Both the position numbers and the translations under genes were made by a program. Positions 62,403 through 64,000 of a stretch of DNA of 64,000 nucleotides are shown in pieces (the stretch's first letter is position 1; each line of letters begins with the position of its first letter). The DNA comes from an uncultured Chloroflexia bacterium (GTDB lineage Bacteria; Chloroflexota; Anaerolineae; CG2-30-64-16): the NCBI GenBank assembly GCA_963774265.1, contig CAVZDU010000008.1, positions 192,001-256,000 of the forward strand, read 5' to 3'. Below the pieces are notes generated by a model. The model saw only the letters and a program-made list of their open reading frames with translations, had not been told where the DNA came from and did not search any database.

Positions 62403-63386
62403 ATGCCCCATCGTGGCCGCCCCAACGTGCGATCGCGCCTGATGCTGGCGCTGCTGCTCCTGCTCTTGATAGCGGGCTGCGTACCGTTGCCCGCGGCACC
62501 AGCCTCCGAACTCCGCTCGACGTCGACCCCTTCCCGTGGTCTGGTCATCTATGCGCCGGCAACTCCCACATCTATCCCCGTCCTGCTGGCAGCCCGGCAC
62601 ATCGACGGCGCTCAGGTCACCATCTTCAACAACCACACCCAGGCGAACGCCCAGTTTCTGCGTGGCGATGTTGACATCCTCGTGACCGGGCTTTCTATCG
62701 GCGTCAATCTCTTCGAAAATGGTGCACCGGTTCAGGTCATCGATTCTTACGTCGCGGGTGTGACCTACCTGGTCACCTACGAGCAGAAAGTGGAAAGTTT
62801 CGCCGACCTGAAAGGCCAGACTATCTATATCCCCTTTGAAGGCTCACCGATCGAGGAGACGACCCGGTTCTTCGTCGAACGCGAAGGGCTGACCTGGAAA
62901 CAAGACATCAGTGTCGCCTACGCGCCGTTCACCTCGTCGGTGGAATTGCTGAAACAGGGCAAAGCAAGCGCGGTGGCCCTTCCCGAGCCATCGGTGTCCC
63001 TGATTGAGAAGCTGCCGGACCTCTACATCTCCTTGAGCTATCGCCAGTTGTGGGACGAAGCGACCGGATCGAAAGGCGGCTACCCGCAGGTGACGCCCTT
63101 CGTGCATCAGCAGTGGGCGGCCGCGCATCCTGATGTGATTCAGCGTTTCAATGACGAAGTGGCGGCCGCTTTAGAGGCCATCCAAAACGATCCTGTCACC
63201 GCGGTGGCGCAGACCCACGAGGCGTTGGGCATGCCCGCGCCAGTCCTGACCGCAGCGTTGGCACGCACCGACTTCGCCTTCATTAGCGGCGATGCGCTGG
63301 CACGGGAGGTCCGAGGTTACTACCAGATTATAGGCAAGCCGCTTGATGAGACATTCGACGCGTTTTTCTATCGCAGTCCGCAATAA
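62403..63386 (+). CDS. ABC transporter substrate-binding lipoprotein (SsuA/TauA/NMT1 type)
   Basis: IAGC lipobox, DLKGQTI, LPEP; followed by a permease. Confidence 0.85.
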   Translation: MPHRGRPNVRSRLMLALLLLLLIAGCVPLPAAPASELRSTSTPSRGLVIYAPATPTSIPVLLAARHIDGAQVTIFNNHTQANAQFLRGDVDILVTGLSIGVNLFENGAPVQVIDSYVAGVTYLVTYEQKVESFADLKGQTIYIPFEGSPIEETTRFFVEREGLTWKQDISVAYAPFTSSVELLKQGKASAVALPEPSVSLIEKLPDLYISLSYRQLWDEATGSKGGYPQVTPFVHQQWAAAHPDVIQRFNDEVAAALEAIQNDPVTAVAQTHEALGMPAPVLTAALARTDFAFISGDALAREVRGYYQIIGKPLDETFDAFFYRSPQ

Positions 63387-64000
63387 TCTCGTCGGGCTCG
63401 TGCTGCTCCTGGTAGTCTGGTTCGTTCTGTCGCTCTTTTTCCCGAGTTACATCCTGCCCTCGCCAGGGCAGGTGCTTCGAGCTTCTCCAACCGTGCTGAA
63501 CGCGGCTTTTGTGCCGCATTTAGGGTTGACGATGCAGCGGGTGCTGATCGGTTTCCTGCTGGCCTTCGGGGTGGGCTCGGCGCTTGGCATACTGGCGTTT
63601 ATTCTGCACCTGACGGAGCACCTTAACAGCTTCATGGTGGCGTTGCAGGTCATTCCGGGCACGATCCTTGGCATCATCCTGCTGCTTGTATTCGGCGTCG
63701 GGGACTGGACGCCCATCGCGCTCGTGGCTCTGCTCACGTTGCCAACGGTCACCATCAACATCGCGAATGCACTGGCCAAGCGGGATTTCGGCTTGGAGCA
63801 ATACCTGCTGTCGGCGGGTGCGGGCCGGCGGCGCCTGGTGCGTCACCTGTACTTGCCCGCGCTGATTCCCACCATACAAAGCAACCTCAGCCTCGGCTTC
63901 GGGCTGGGCATGAAGGTGGTGGTGTTGGGCGAATTCATCGGCAGCCAGGACGGACTGGGCTATCTGCTGAACGTGGCAGCGATTCGCTTCGACATGCAGG
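63346..64000 (+). CDS. ABC permease SsuC/TauC type (runs off the window)
   Basis: Manual translation from ATG 63346: ILPSPGQV, TMQRVLIGF, HLYLPALIP, VVLGEFIG, GLGYLL. Confidence 0.9.
   Translation, partial: MRHSTRFSIAVRNNLVGLVLLLVVWFVLSLFFPSYILPSPGQVLRASPTVLNAAFVPHLGLTMQRVLIGFLLAFGVGSALGILAFILHLTEHLNSFMVALQVIPGTILGIILLLVFGVGDWTPIALVALLTLPTVTINIANALAKRDFGLEQYLLSAGAGRRRLVRHLYLPALIPTIQSNLSLGFGLGMKVVVLGEFIGSQDGLGYLLNVAAIRFDMQ

Overview
GC-rich bacterial chromosome segment; many Thr/Pro-rich linker proteins, a T-box, a SARP/BTAD regulator and membrane-anchored multiheme cytochromes suggest Chloroflexota, probably Anaerolineae (inference). It holds about 55 genes and no rRNA, tRNA, CRISPR array or transposase that I can see. 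Housekeeping genes: moxR, an OmpR/HAMP two-component pair, pncC, pcrA, maf, a yitJ-like gene, T-box-valS, rhlE, mug, comM and nagZ. There is also a folate-dependent histidine utilisation (hut) operon. Accessory loci: (1) a split CbcL-like module (9-heme cytochrome plus an FdnI-type cytochrome b extended by tandem diheme repeats); (2) a CstA / thioredoxin-fold / two small paralogues / two ArsA-Get3 ATPase operon in which the two ATPases carry complementary catalytic-motif changes; (3) a stand-alone SARP activator followed by 13 in-phase 11-bp repeats ending at a promoter; (4) a two-component-linked 7-heme/FeS/NrfD quinol redox operon with a shared membrane motif and a two-CW domain. Eight genes carry frameshifts that look like small indels, most likely long-read consensus errors.
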